Shown: positions 50,285-63,000 of the stretch, one piece after another | How the letters are laid out: each line of letters begins with the position of its first letter | How positions within the stretch are numbered: the first letter of the stretch is position 1 | Assembly (NCBI GenBank): GCA_000934665.2 | Contig: JYFJ02000332.1 | Coordinates: 62,001 to 126,000 of the forward strand | Direction: 5' to 3' | Source: Catajapyx aquilonaris | Taxonomy: Eukaryota | DNA length: 64,000 nt | Notes under the pieces: model-generated | The model's input: only the letters and a program-made list of their open reading frames with translations | What the model was told of the DNA's origin: nothing | Database searches by the model: none | Translations under genes and position numbers: made by a program

Positions 50285-53200
50285 TTAGTTACTGGTCTTG
50301 CCCAACTCCATCTTCTTCTGAATCGCCCTTGAAGAATGGTAAATCATGGAATCAATGAGGCCAGCCACAGTGAAGACACCACCAATGATGGCACAGACAC
50401 CAGTCAAAAAGTGGCCAAGTGACCTGCGGAAGTAAAAAGTAGTGTTGTGACACAATAAAAATTAAGATTTATGTTTCCAACCACATACTTCTCTTTTTCT
50501 GAATACTTGACCATCATAGGGGATAGTTCATAGCTGAAGAATACTCCTGGCATGCCTGACTCACCAGTGAGCAATGATACAGTCTGGAATGAAATGTAAA
50601 TGTTTATACACCAATTGAAGTGTTTAATATGTATAGTACGTAGTCAATTATTTTTTTTCAGAGTGTTTCCCTAGGAGTTATTTGTAATCTTTAAATAAAT
50701 AAGATGATAAGAAATGACTTGCCTTTTGGTGTCGGGTCACTGAGAATTGATTGGTGTAGAGAGTTGCTCCGTCATTCCTCATATAAGTTGTGGGGACAAT
50801 CTTCAGGTAATACTGGAACATGGTAGGCCCTATAGAGAGAGAAAATGGTTTCATTAATATAATTTTATCATTCTCGAGAGCAAATTCATAAGCGGCGCGT
50901 GAGCCGCCATTATCTCTCCCCTCCCTCCCTCCCCTTCCCTTGCTCCTTCCCCCATTCCCGTGACGTCATCACGTCACCAAACATGGCCGACTACTCCATG
51001 TGAGGGAAGTCATCGGCGGACCCTGGCCTCTCATTCAGATCGGTTGTTACCCTCCGTGGTGTCATTCTCGAGACGCAAATTCTGCTGGAATCGATCCCTC
51101 ACACACACTCTCACTCGCCCGACACCGAACCGCATCACAAGTAAGTGCCCGAGCTCCGACCCGGCATGCACCTGCATTTCCTACAAAATTTGGCCCGTCA
51201 TTTACTGCCACATTGCCGATTATTGACCAAATAACTCCATGCCATGGTTTACTTGAAATGCAATACTGCAATTGGAATGTCAAAACGTACCAGTAAGAAC
51301 CTGAATGACTTCCTCCTACCAGGAAGCCAATAACCTGTTTAAAAATAGTAACTAGTGGTTAGATGAATTAGTTACCTCCATAACGTAAACTATTGTTGAG
51401 TTGAGTTCATAATGCAACAGTCCATCAAGTATCATGGCATTAAGAATTAAGCTTGTTAATGGGCTTGTTTCAGAAAAATAATTTGGACTTCCATGCAGGT
51501 ATTTGGGTACAATGCCTGTCCCAATTGGAGGCTATCAGCAAGGCCCTACCTGCTGGGACAGAATGAAGATGGGATTTGCGCTTGGATTCTGTGTCGGAAT
51601 GGCCTCTGGTGCCATTTTTGGCGGATTCTCTGCCTTTAGGTAAGTGTCTGCCTCTGTTGGAGCTAGAGTGGCACTGATGCAACAAATTGACTTATGTGGT
51701 ACATGCACCCTAAATGTAAATGTAAATAATCTGAACCGTATATTATGAATGAGAATATTCCAAAATACACACACAATGCTTCAAGTTACCCCAAATTATG
51801 TGACTGCCGTAAATATTATGTTGTGATCCATGCAAACTTTGTACCATACATGGTTGGGTAATATTCTTCTGCAACATATATTAGTTTGCATCACACACCC
51901 CACACACGCACATTTGGACAAGTATTATATTTGAGTCATTCGAGCCAATGTTTTCTGAAACGACCTCTGGAGTTTGCAGCGCAAACACGTGTTGCCTCAA
52001 ATTCTTTTGAAGTAACCTTCTAACTTCAATGTAGGATGCAACTTTCTGCAGATATGTAAATAGTTTTTCCATGTCTGAAACACTTCGCAGGTGTGAATGA
52101 AATTGAAACACCCACTAGAACAAGAGCAAATGACAGTCCCTGCTAACATGTATTTTTTTTTTCTCTAGGTATGGCCTTCGTGGTCGTGAACTGGTGAACA
52201 ACATGGGCAAGCTAATGCTTCAAGGTGGTGGCACTTTTGGCACATTTATGGCCATAGGGACTGGAATTAGATGCTGATTCCCTCCCCAGCGTGCCTTTTT
52301 CCATGATATAAAAGCCCTAATTTGCATGTGTACTGGAATAATAAAAGAATAGTAGAAACCAAGTACCTTCATGTGCAGTCCCTTCTGTTCCATCCATGTG
52401 GTTAGTCTTTCCAGGAATATTCTTTCCAAAGGAAAGGTGACGAATTACGTGACTCACGTTGAAAGATGACGATGAGAATGGTTGCACATCATGAACTGCA
52501 CATTGAAAGACATTAGTGTAATTCATAGCCGCAATTGCTGTGATTTAATATGCTATTTCATAATATGATGGTGGTTGTCAAAAACAACAGTCAATAACTA
52601 CGTGAAGAGTAATCCAGTGCCAATCTGACACATTTTAGTTTGCATAACTTCAAGTTTACAACCTTGTTGCGTAGCTATACAATGAACTATCCCAACTTTA
52701 CAAATGCTGTTCAGAACACACCTGTTAGCACGTGCTCCGTAATGCCTTCAGAAACTGACTTAAGAGGCACTGCATAAACTAAGTACAATCTAATTACTCC
52801 ACAAGCCATATAATAATGCTAAATTGCCATCATACCAAAATCCATGTTGCAAGAATATATTGTAGATGTCAAACTCTGAACTTACCATGCACATGGTTGA
52901 CAGTGAAGCTCTTTCCAGGTGCCACATGAAAACTGCCTCCCACCCGATTGACTTCTAGATACCCGTATATTTGGCACCCCTCAGAGAAGGCCTGCTCCAT
53001 CTTCAGAGCAAACTGGTCATCTTTGCATTGCACAATCTTCTCTGGCGTTGTGAATGCCCATCCTTTGCGTCGGTATGCCTCTCGAACGTCCTCACAAGTA
53101 TCACAGCACATCTTATGTTCTGTCTCTGCACCATAGCAACTGCCACACTGTGACACTGACGTGTTGGTGGGAGATGGTACTACTTTCTGGGTGGATGAAT

Positions 53201-54047
53201 CACCAAGTTCTACCAAAGAAAGTACTTCTAAGTGGTGCCATATAATGGACATGTAACCCTAACCACGCTAAATGCCATGTAGGTAACCAAATAAATTGCA
53301 TGTGACAGTTGCAACTCACTTTCTTCCTTTTTAGGTTCCTCCATTGGCCTGCCCTCCAGGTCAAGCCTCCGCTTGTATATGTTGTGCTCTAGATCAATAT
53401 GTTGCTCCCCTGATGAATCCATCGCATCAATACTCAAAACTATGGAAAAAATTTTACTGCGACCACTTCACCAAAACTGTCGGTTGACTTATCACTGGGG
53501 ACTCACATGGGCACGAGATCCTGGGAAACACAAGATCAACATTGATGCGAAGCTTGTGTCCCCTTGACGTGTCAACCAAGAGTTCCTCACTGATCTCAGG
53601 GGTCAGGTAATCCCTCAGTTCACTCAGGAACAGCAATGTCATTATTAGTCCACTCACCAGAGTCACTAGAAATGAGAAAAACAAGAATTTCTAAGAAAAA
53701 TTACTGGCACGAAGTATGGTGAAAAACAAGTCAAATATTTCAATGGCTTCTTAGATTATGGAGTTCAAAAAAAGGTTACTTATATGGCAATAATAACAGG
53801 ATACTTTGCGGTAAGTATGCACTTTTTTGGGCATTCTTGGGACATCAGAGGTGGTATGGCACGGGCTAACCACTATGCCCATAAAATTTATTGACACACT
53901 CCAAAGCAGCCGCAAACCTTAAGGTGGTCTTGAACAAACCAATGGCATACCTGCTGCACCGCCAAAGGTCTTAACCCTGAAGTCCTCCAGAGTTTTGGGG
54001 TATGCATCGAAATGTCTCAGGCGGTTGTATATCTCTCGCAAATCCAT
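50285..54047 (-). CDS. ERGIC3: ER-Golgi intermediate compartment protein 3 (Erv46 family), about 389 aa, 8 exons
   Basis: Exons 54047-53951, 53665-53507, 53439-53320, 53209-52886, 52495-52367, 50829-50723, 50583-50489, 50423-50285 (1170 nt). Motifs: [74 protein letters not shown]. The exon 4 acceptor may lie 18 nt further upstream. Confidence 0.95.
50890..51140 (+). promoter_or_regulatory. CpG-rich promoter and non-coding first exon of nested Romo1
   Basis: CpG island inside an ERGIC3 intron with a palindromic CRE TGACGTCA (50961-50968) and YY1-like GCCGCCAT and AACATGGCCG motifs. Donor CAA|GTAAGT at 51140/51141, matching acceptor ccatgcag| at 51498. Confidence 0.65.
51512..52277 (+). CDS. 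ROMO1: Reactive oxygen species modulator 1 (Romo1/Mgr2, TIM23-associated), 78 aa, nested antisense in ERGIC3 intron 5
   Basis: Exons 51512-51639 and 52169-52277 give [80 protein letters not shown]|gtaagt donor, T-tract ctag| acceptor, AATAAA at 52340-52345. Confidence 0.96.
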
Positions 54048-57000
54048 TTCTGACAGACGACGTTGTCCTCCTGTCACTAGTCCCCACTCCGCAGGTGGCA
54101 CAGCTGTTCAGCATGTGTACATTTCAATCCGATCCATACCTCTGCACAAATTAAATCAAATCAATTCACACCACCCAATGCTGTACAAGCATGAGGATGT
54201 ATAAGTCTGAACTGAGCAAATGGACCGTAATGTACAGTACTTACCGAGCCATAAGATAGATATGTTTTAGCTCATGTACACGTACGTATTTCCTTAGTCC
54301 TGCAAGTACCGGCGCAAAAACGTGTACGTCAAACGAGAGGGAAACTGTCTGCTGGCTGGCTGCCAAGTGATAGGCACCGCTGTCGTGATGACGCCGAACC
54401 ACACGTGGCGTCGCTGCCTCCCAGCATCCTTCCGGCTGTCGAGGGTGGCTCCTGACACCTTGCGGCCACATGCTTCACTTCTACGATTGTTCCTCTATGG
54501 TCTATGCACAAAATTTTACAGTACCGTAACATCAGTGCAAATGTTGGTACAGTATTTATAGTCAAAAAGGTCAGAAAAAACGTAACATGTACTCCTTAAT
54601 TTTTTATCAATATATTCAGGCTTTTCCTGTTTTGAAAGGGCGAATCGTTAGAGTGATTCATAAACTGGACTAGCATAGAGGAAGAGAAAAGTTTTACGGG
54701 TGTGTCAAAATAAGGATAAAATAAATAAATAAAAGAAAACATATGCAAATAAGTAGGTCACATAGTACTTATTTTCCATCCGTAACAACATACGCGTATC
54801 TGTCACTTTACATGAGGTGACTTTGTTGCTATTCTCTATTTTATTTTTATTTTTCTCACACACAACAGCAGTTCTCTATGCTGTAGGCCTACTACAGCTT
54901 ACAGAATAGGCACCTTGTGCACAATATGTTATTTACTTGTATGGAAGGGGCTGAAGTCGTTTTAAGCGTTACATCGAATGGCGATATACCATTGACGGGG
55001 AAAAAATCTAGGAAGTACAGTAATGGTACAGTAATGGCGTAGACTCCGTATAGTAATTTCGCTTTATCCTGACAATTAGATAACCTGTGAACATGTACTG
55101 ACTCAGACAGTGCCCGCCTGCCAGGGGCGTACTTGCTTCCCCATTTGCAAATAGCACCCTGTGGCCCAGGGGATGGATTATAACTTTGTAAATGATATTA
55201 AAAGGTCCTCATATGTGGAACTGTGTTTTTCAAAGTACAAATGACATGTAGTCTAGGATTGTCGGTAGGCCTTCGTGTCTACATAATAAATTAGTAATAT
55301 ACCAAAATACACTTTGAGTCAATTGAGTGTTTAAATAGCATGCTCATTACATTCTGGAGGCTACTCATTGCGATCTGATCTGTAGCTAGGTCCAAAATAA
55401 TGATCATTCTGCTTACCAAACCAATATCTAAAAATAGCGCTGCATTCAATTGTGTAAGAACCAATTACGAGTGTGTTATGAAAAAAGAAGCCCTTTGTCT
55501 CATTTATTCTGCAAAATAATAGAGATGAGCTACTCTACCCCATCCCAGCGCTTGTTGTCAATCCCATTAGTCTATCAGGCAATGTTGCATAATGCTCAGA
55601 AAAAAACATTCGGGTCTGTTTCAGGACCGATTAATTTTTTACTTTGGCTATTTATTCATCGCATGGATACAAAAATAACCATCGTGAAATTGTAGGTGGT
55701 CATGAATACTTTAAACCGGTTAAACTACTGATTATATTCGCAAAACTGTCTTCCTGTAATTCAATAGCTGTTTTATTTACAAAAGCGTTATTCCGTTTTC
55801 ATTTACATATTAATTAATGTTATTGTTTAGTTAGTATACGATCGGTCCTCCTATCGCGATTAGTACATTTCCACGAACACAAATTGAAAGAATCCATCTC
55901 ATTTGCACATTAAAGAAAGACCAGCTTGTACAAGGTCGCATATACATAGAAAAACACACTACAGTACTCTCATTAGAGTTCATCTACCAGTAAATTACCA
56001 GAATTATCTTCGAACCCAGCCCACCAGGCTGGATATCTCTTTCATGGGCATGCACACATACATGGTTACAACACTTTTCGCGCCAAGAGCTGCAGCAGCC
56101 ACGCATTGCTTGGTCCGTGAGCAACTCCAATGGACGTCATAATGCCTTCCCGACACTGCATGACCGCAAAGTCGAGTCTGTCTCACCATGAATTGGCATA
56201 GCCCACAATACATTTTTTACCGAAAGTGCGCATGGAAAACATTCCTGACACGCCTGCGCCTTGGGTCCCATTATCCGGCTACACGTTTTGAACCGGACTT
56301 GGAGAATGGTAATACTGTTCCGCAGTTGGGCCCATGCTGCCGCCCAAATCGAAACCACCACCTGCGCTGCTCTCTAACGCGTTTACCTATATCATGATGG
56401 CATTTTTCAATATAAGCTTCGTAGTGATCTGAACAGTGTTGTGGACCAACTTTGATCGAACTTTTGGGAGCATGATTTCTGATGTCCTGTCTAGGATATC
56501 AAGGGGATGATGGTAGCTGACCTCCATGTGAGAGAGTGAAAATTCCTCCGAGAGCCGCCAATCGGAGCCAAGAAACCCATCCGTCATCACCAGGCACGAA
56601 GAGCACATAAGAGCTGAGGTAAGCGCTTCCTTCAAGGAGATAAGTGGTTCGCTTGTTATTGTCCGAGTTGGCCGACTTGACCTATACAAGATGGGTTACT
56701 GTATAGTAGAAGTCCATCTGGATTTGGGAAGTAAATCAATGTAGCGATGGCATAGGACCCGCCAAATTTTTTTGTATGGGTTGTTTTGTAGCCGCGAAGC
56801 TGAGTGCGCAGAGGATTAAGGTCGTCAAAGCCAAGGGCAACGGCAAGACCATGATTTGCTTCCTTGTTGTAGATGGGTTTTGTTTCTGGCACTAATTGGC
56901 CGTGTGAACATTCATCAAGGGATTATACCTGCTAATGCGACAGGTGTGCTTGAACCTTTTGCGTCATATGTGTCATTTATATATTTCACTCTCATCCAAT

Positions 57001-60000
57001 TTCTATGTATGTCTTAAAATGCAATGTTTCAGTTATGATTTAGTAATGTGTTCTACAATCGAAGTCCAGGGTGTTAGAAACATTGTTAACAATAATGAAC
57101 AACAAAAAAAATGAAAAAGCCCGATATACCCTGAAAAACGCAACCGTGCCTGAGAAACCTTAATATCGTACGCAATTGGTTCGCTTTCTTTTGCCCAAAT
57201 GAATTTTGGCATCATACAACCATCAGCATTACAGTATTGCAATATTGTACAAAAAAAACTATAAAAAATATAGGGTTGTATAGTGCAAGGGTACGTGGGG
57301 CCAATTTTTTTTATTTGCCAGATATGACGCATAAACCTACTACACGACTTGAAAGTCACATACCCGTTAAATATTTAACGTTATTTTAATGAACACGCCA
57401 CTCAAGTTTTGCGTGGGAAAATACCACTCATTAGGTACCCGTACTAATTCTAAGCATAACAAACATTACAGTGAGGTAGTCGCAGTGTCCCTCTGGAAAT
57501 CTCCAAATCCACGCAATGCGCTTAGCGTATTATGACAGGAGTAACTTTATTACCCCATTAAGACAGAAGCTGTATTAATATTAATCCAAATGTCCCACGC
57601 CACGGGTTAAAATAATTACCCAAACCCCCAACATGCATCATGCGTAGTTTATGGGCTACTATTAAGTACAGGAACTATTTTCTTCCAATGTCGGACTTTA
57701 AGAGCTAAACAAACCTATACTACAGGACATGCCACATTCTAATCGGATCTTTGAACTGGACGCACGCCAATATCTCATCCTTCCCTGGTACAAATGGCGT
57801 CAAATGAAAAAGTACTGCAGAGGCCTACCCCGGTCCACGCAGTGCGGTTCCAATCATTCTCCGCATGACTGACTCGCAGACGCCCAACATCCATCCCCTA
57901 AATAAAATTACACATCCTCCGCATTCATATGCAGATTTGCGCCATTTTCAAACGACCCCGCCTCTAGGCAGTCAAAAGGCCACGTTCACTGCCAATGCCA
58001 TAATAATTGCTGGCTGACCTTTTCTCGGCAGTGCGTATCCTCTGACTTGTTGCTCCAATTCTTTTACCAAAGTTAATTAGCACATCGATAATTAAAACAA
58101 CAATGAATGTGATGATACCAAATTTCATTATGCTGGCTAAACACCTGCGGCCTTTCCTCTTATGTAAGCCTCCAGGAAGCCTACTGAAAAGGCCCCATTG
58201 GCCCGAAAGTAAACACTTCCTCTACGACTCACGTACTGAAAGGAGCAGTTATGTAATGGTTGGCTTGACAGCTCTTTGACAACAATGTGGTCGTGGTTCC
58301 TTGCAAGAGGTCTAAAGTAGTATCGGTCACGCTAGTAAGGGGGTACCGCCCATGAAAGCATGACGAAGACATCTTGCTGATTAATTACTTTAAAAAAAAT
58401 TGTTAAGTAAAAACGTCTAATCGATTTTAAATTTTTGGCTGTGCGAGACAACACTTTTGTCAACAAATTAATTCATTGTCTTAACTAGCCAAAAAATCAG
58501 CATAACGTGCTTATATTTGTTGACCTTCCTCGACCCATCTGGGAATTGGGTCAATCCCTTTGGACCACCCAAAAAGTGAAATCTTTCCAAAAGCTTGTCC
58601 TTGGCTCAGCTTGGTAACGACCTGAAGACGTCATGGTACGTTTTTCTTCCGTTTTCTTTCTCTTTTTTTTGTGAATGTGGGTGTCCAAAAGATTCTGCCA
58701 GAAACATAATTCCGGAGGTCCATAAAAAGGCAGCTTAAAGGTCACACTTTCAATTGGCATGTTATGAGGGTTCCGAATAAGATTACTATCATTCGCCTGT
58801 TTGTTTCAGTGCTTTTGAGGAAAGAAAACTGCCGGATATAAAATGCCTTTTATGCTTAGTTGGAATGTTAGGATTACTTATAAGTGGCATTTCCCTTGAC
58901 GACAGCCGTTGCGGAAAATGTCCCTGTAGTAGCAAATAATTCATTAAAAGGCGGAGCAAGTGTCCCGGAAGATATCTCACATCTCGTTAAACCCGCATTG
59001 GACTCGTTATTTTTAAAGAAGATTGCAAAGTTGGCATTTGAGGTAAGTTGGAGGTAATTGGGACGTCCCGATGCGAATAATGCCGTCCTTTATATTGGCT
59101 GGGCTGGCTTTCAGAAAATTATATGATTTTTTTCAGAAAAATCTCCATCTGGGTTGCCTCTATTGCTTGAGGAAAACTAATAGTTATTGTCACACTCTGC
59201 CGCAATAACTTGTCGCTGGAATGTGTGATTCGGACAGATGCGAAGTGCTCGTATAATGTTAATCGTGTACTGCGGTGAATCATAAATTCCGTGTTTTCGC
59301 ACTAAGCCATCCAATTAACTAAATGGAATATATTAGCGCATTATGCCCATTTTATTCATTTGATGCGGGCGTGTAATTAATCTCCGGAACACCTAAACAC
59401 CTTTTGCAGTTACAACGTTAATCGAAAGTAAGACTCTAAATAATAAACCAACTAATCAGTACCGACTGCATTGTGTAATTACTAAAAAGTCATTGAGTTG
59501 GACGGACCAATCCAAGCTACGACATTGATCTAAAAATTATTATTTTATATGGACGGTGGAAGCTGGGGATTTATTGTCAGTAATTAGAAACTAATTGTGT
59601 ATCTTAAGAGTAGGAAAAAGAAGCTTACAGCTTCGCATGGAGCTTAGAATTGAATCTCCTGTAGAGACTCACAAGACATACTTAATTCAAGAGGCTTGGG
59701 AATTGAAGCTTAGTGACACTTAGCGGAAATGCGTAGCATTAGGAATAGTTGTCCTAACACATGCTGTTACGTATTTCAGGACTTTTCATCATGAATACTG
59801 TATAACCTAAATTCAAATGTTTATTCGGTTTAAATCAATATCCAATACCATTACGCACACTGTCGAGTTGTGCTCGTGGATAAACGGTTGGTCGCCACAA
59901 TAGTGCATATAATATATTCACTGACTTAACTTAGCTTTCTTCAGTATAAAGGAGTGGTTTTGGTCGTTGTGACAGTATGTATTTTTGTACTGCAGAAAAT

Positions 60001-63000
60001 GATATGATACGCTTGCACAATCCCTCTCTCGACTTCAAAGCAACATTGTATGGTCATGCGGAGTGACGCTTTTCATTTTGTTATCGAATACTCTACAAGG
60101 CGGTCGCCATCTGGCTTAAATCATTATTTTTAGAGCGTTTATAAAATTGAGCAGTAAAGAAAACCTGCAATTGATACAACACCATTAGCGGAATGGTTGC
60201 CTGTAAGTTCCGCGTAGGTGGTTTTCAATCCTGATGGCAAACATGCTGTAAAATTCCACTTTGTTATTGCTACTACTGGACTATATTGTAAACAGGTTAA
60301 TACACGGAACACTTCAAAGCAATAGGGAGCAAATTACATAAATTATAACTTATCCCTGAATGCTCAACAATTCAATAACCACATGGTAATATAGAAGTTG
60401 GCGTGTTTGTCTGTTTCTACTCTACTGCTATATGACAACATCAATGTTTTTTCGCACTTTGGCCATGAAAGAGTGGACACTGACTCATGTTGCCATTAAT
60501 GATGATGAAAATTAGGCGCATCCGCAATGCCGCCCTATCATCAATTCCTCAACGCCTCGGTAGAGCCTCCATTAGGTTGCATTACCTACACACAAAAAAA
60601 CAGTTGGAAATTTTGGCCTCGCTTTTTCCTGCTCTGTTCCACCTAATTAATAAACAAGACATAGAAGTTGGCTGTGATATTATGGGTTAGGTGAAGTCCA
60701 CAAGGTGACTTTAAAATGACCTCTGATGCAGTCAGTAGATAATGTCTCAATTTAAGTGTATTAAGACCGGCTATCCGAATTAGTGTGTGCAGTTGATAAT
60801 GTGAACACATCATAGTCGTAATGTGGATTAAAAAGTTATACTGAGAAGAAATCTGCTGGGTCATCAGAGACATTGTTATGCCACAAACCGCTTTACCGCA
60901 GTTATTTTTTTGTGTATGTCTGGCCATTGCAACAGAACAAAAACTCATGCTAATATTTCAATAGAGCCTGTATAACTTTCGCGTAATATTCCTAGCCGGC
61001 ATAAAATCCACAGAGATTCGTTTAAGCCTGATTTCACATTTGCATGCGTTACCATATGAAATAGAGGCCAGCGAACAGCTTCAAACCTGTAACTCTGTAA
61101 GGCCAAAAGCATTAGTAGAACAAATTGTTTTATATTGACCATTTCATGTAGTAAAACCAGCCAGTGGAAAATAAGGTATGTTGTTACGTGTAAGCAAGCA
61201 AACATTATTTGACCGAAAAATAATGTAATGAATATATTGTGCGATTTACTCTAAAATATTTCGAAAAGTTAATAGTACATGCTCAATATGATCGGATGTG
61301 CGACGCTCTGTGAAAGTGTTCACCCACGTACAGTACTTTGGTTACATAAGCGAAGCAAAAACTATGCATGCCTGTAAAAAATATCAGATGTGCGCTAAAC
61401 TCTACTATCTGCAGTAATGAAGGCAAAATGACATTGTGAGATGAGATGAGGGAATATTCGGCTTGCCGTCAGGTTTGTGATAAAAATGATTCAGCCGGGA
61501 GAGCTATATAGGTTTCACGCAAAACTTTTTTTATGTAACGGTCCTCTCTTCTCATATTTATAAAATTAACATATTACGCAATCGTCTGGGCAAAAATCCG
61601 CAAAAACAATGCGAAACTCACAAAGTATCCAGAAAAACCACTAAAGCACAGACAAATTCAGACAAATAAAAATAAAAATAAAAAGTATAGCCAAGTTGTG
61701 CACTTTATGGGTATTTTGTGCCAGACCAAATATACGAGTAGGTCGTAGGTCGTAGGTCAAACGAACTGCAGGATTTTGGTATATCCCACATGTTCGGGTT
61801 AAAGTCTTGTCACAATTTATATTAATTTTATATATACGAATTGTGTTTTAATTACATATGTGACCATTACAAGGTGACGATCTCAATAGTAATTAACTTT
61901 AACCCAAAGGGTTTATTCCTAGTTTGTTCAAAAACGACATCTACAACCCAAACCCCATTTTTGGGTACGGATTTTAACCCAATGTTTTAAGAGTGTACAG
62001 AACATGTTTTATTAATTGTTTCCTTGTTTCCAACAACCAATAGCTACGATCAAGTGCCTGTTATGGATTCACCATCGATCACATATCAGGGCCTGGAAGT
62101 ACCCTAAAAATATTTTAATATTATCTGGTACATTTTATTATCATAAGTACGTAAGTCTGTTTGGCACAGATACAATAGTCATTTTCATTTGATTGGAAAT
62201 GTGCTGTTCACAATGGTCTCATCAACAAACGGGTCTAAGGATTTGTGTCAAGGGTAGTTGAACATCCTGACACAGCCAGTCTAGTGGCCATCCCAAAGTC
62301 TTTGACCTGAAGTCCTCGCGTGCTTGGACACAATAGATTCCAAGTGAATATCGGCACTGACAAGTATATTTGTCGCTAAACTACTTTTCGCACCCATTGA
62401 TCACATATTCGCGTGCGACAAACTCTCTTACGTCCTATTACCTTTTATCACCTCCTGCGTAGGTTAGATGTGTATACAAAAGAATCCAAGGACCAAAATG
62501 TTCATAGTCCATTTTTATTTCAGGTCACCTCAATTCTACGAGAATCATTACATTCTGCGCATCCATTATGTTGGATATGATCGATGATCCAAATAAATTA
62601 TAACGAGGCCACCATTAGCTTGAAGTTGCCTTAAGAACAATGACGGACTAACCATTCCATGCTTACCGATACTGCAACAGGTTGAGGTTTACATCAAACC
62701 AAATCCTATACGAATCACAGATCAATATACAATGCGTTGTAGTAGGTCGTATGGCATTTTATAAAGTTGAAAACCCCTTATCCAGGTCGATGACTGTAAT
62801 GTGGTGAAACTGCTAAATCCCTAATGTAAAGCTATGGACTATGTCCAATTTCAAAGTTACATAGCGTTTGAAATGAAATGGCGACGGTCTTTCTCCTAAG
62901 TATACAGAAAGATCAACCCATGGGTCGAGTAGGATATATCAAAAGAGCTTTGATTTCAAGAGCTCTCTGGGCAAACTTGTCAGTCACGGTAATACGGTAA

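Noticed and set aside
57060..58560. MITE-like internal motifs and CAGGGTG / AGGGGGT starts
   Set aside because: Paired TIRs and TSDs could not be established.
61738..61758. (GTAGGTC)3, and a 13-bp tandem duplication at ~24202-24229
   Set aside because: Ordinary short slippage duplications.
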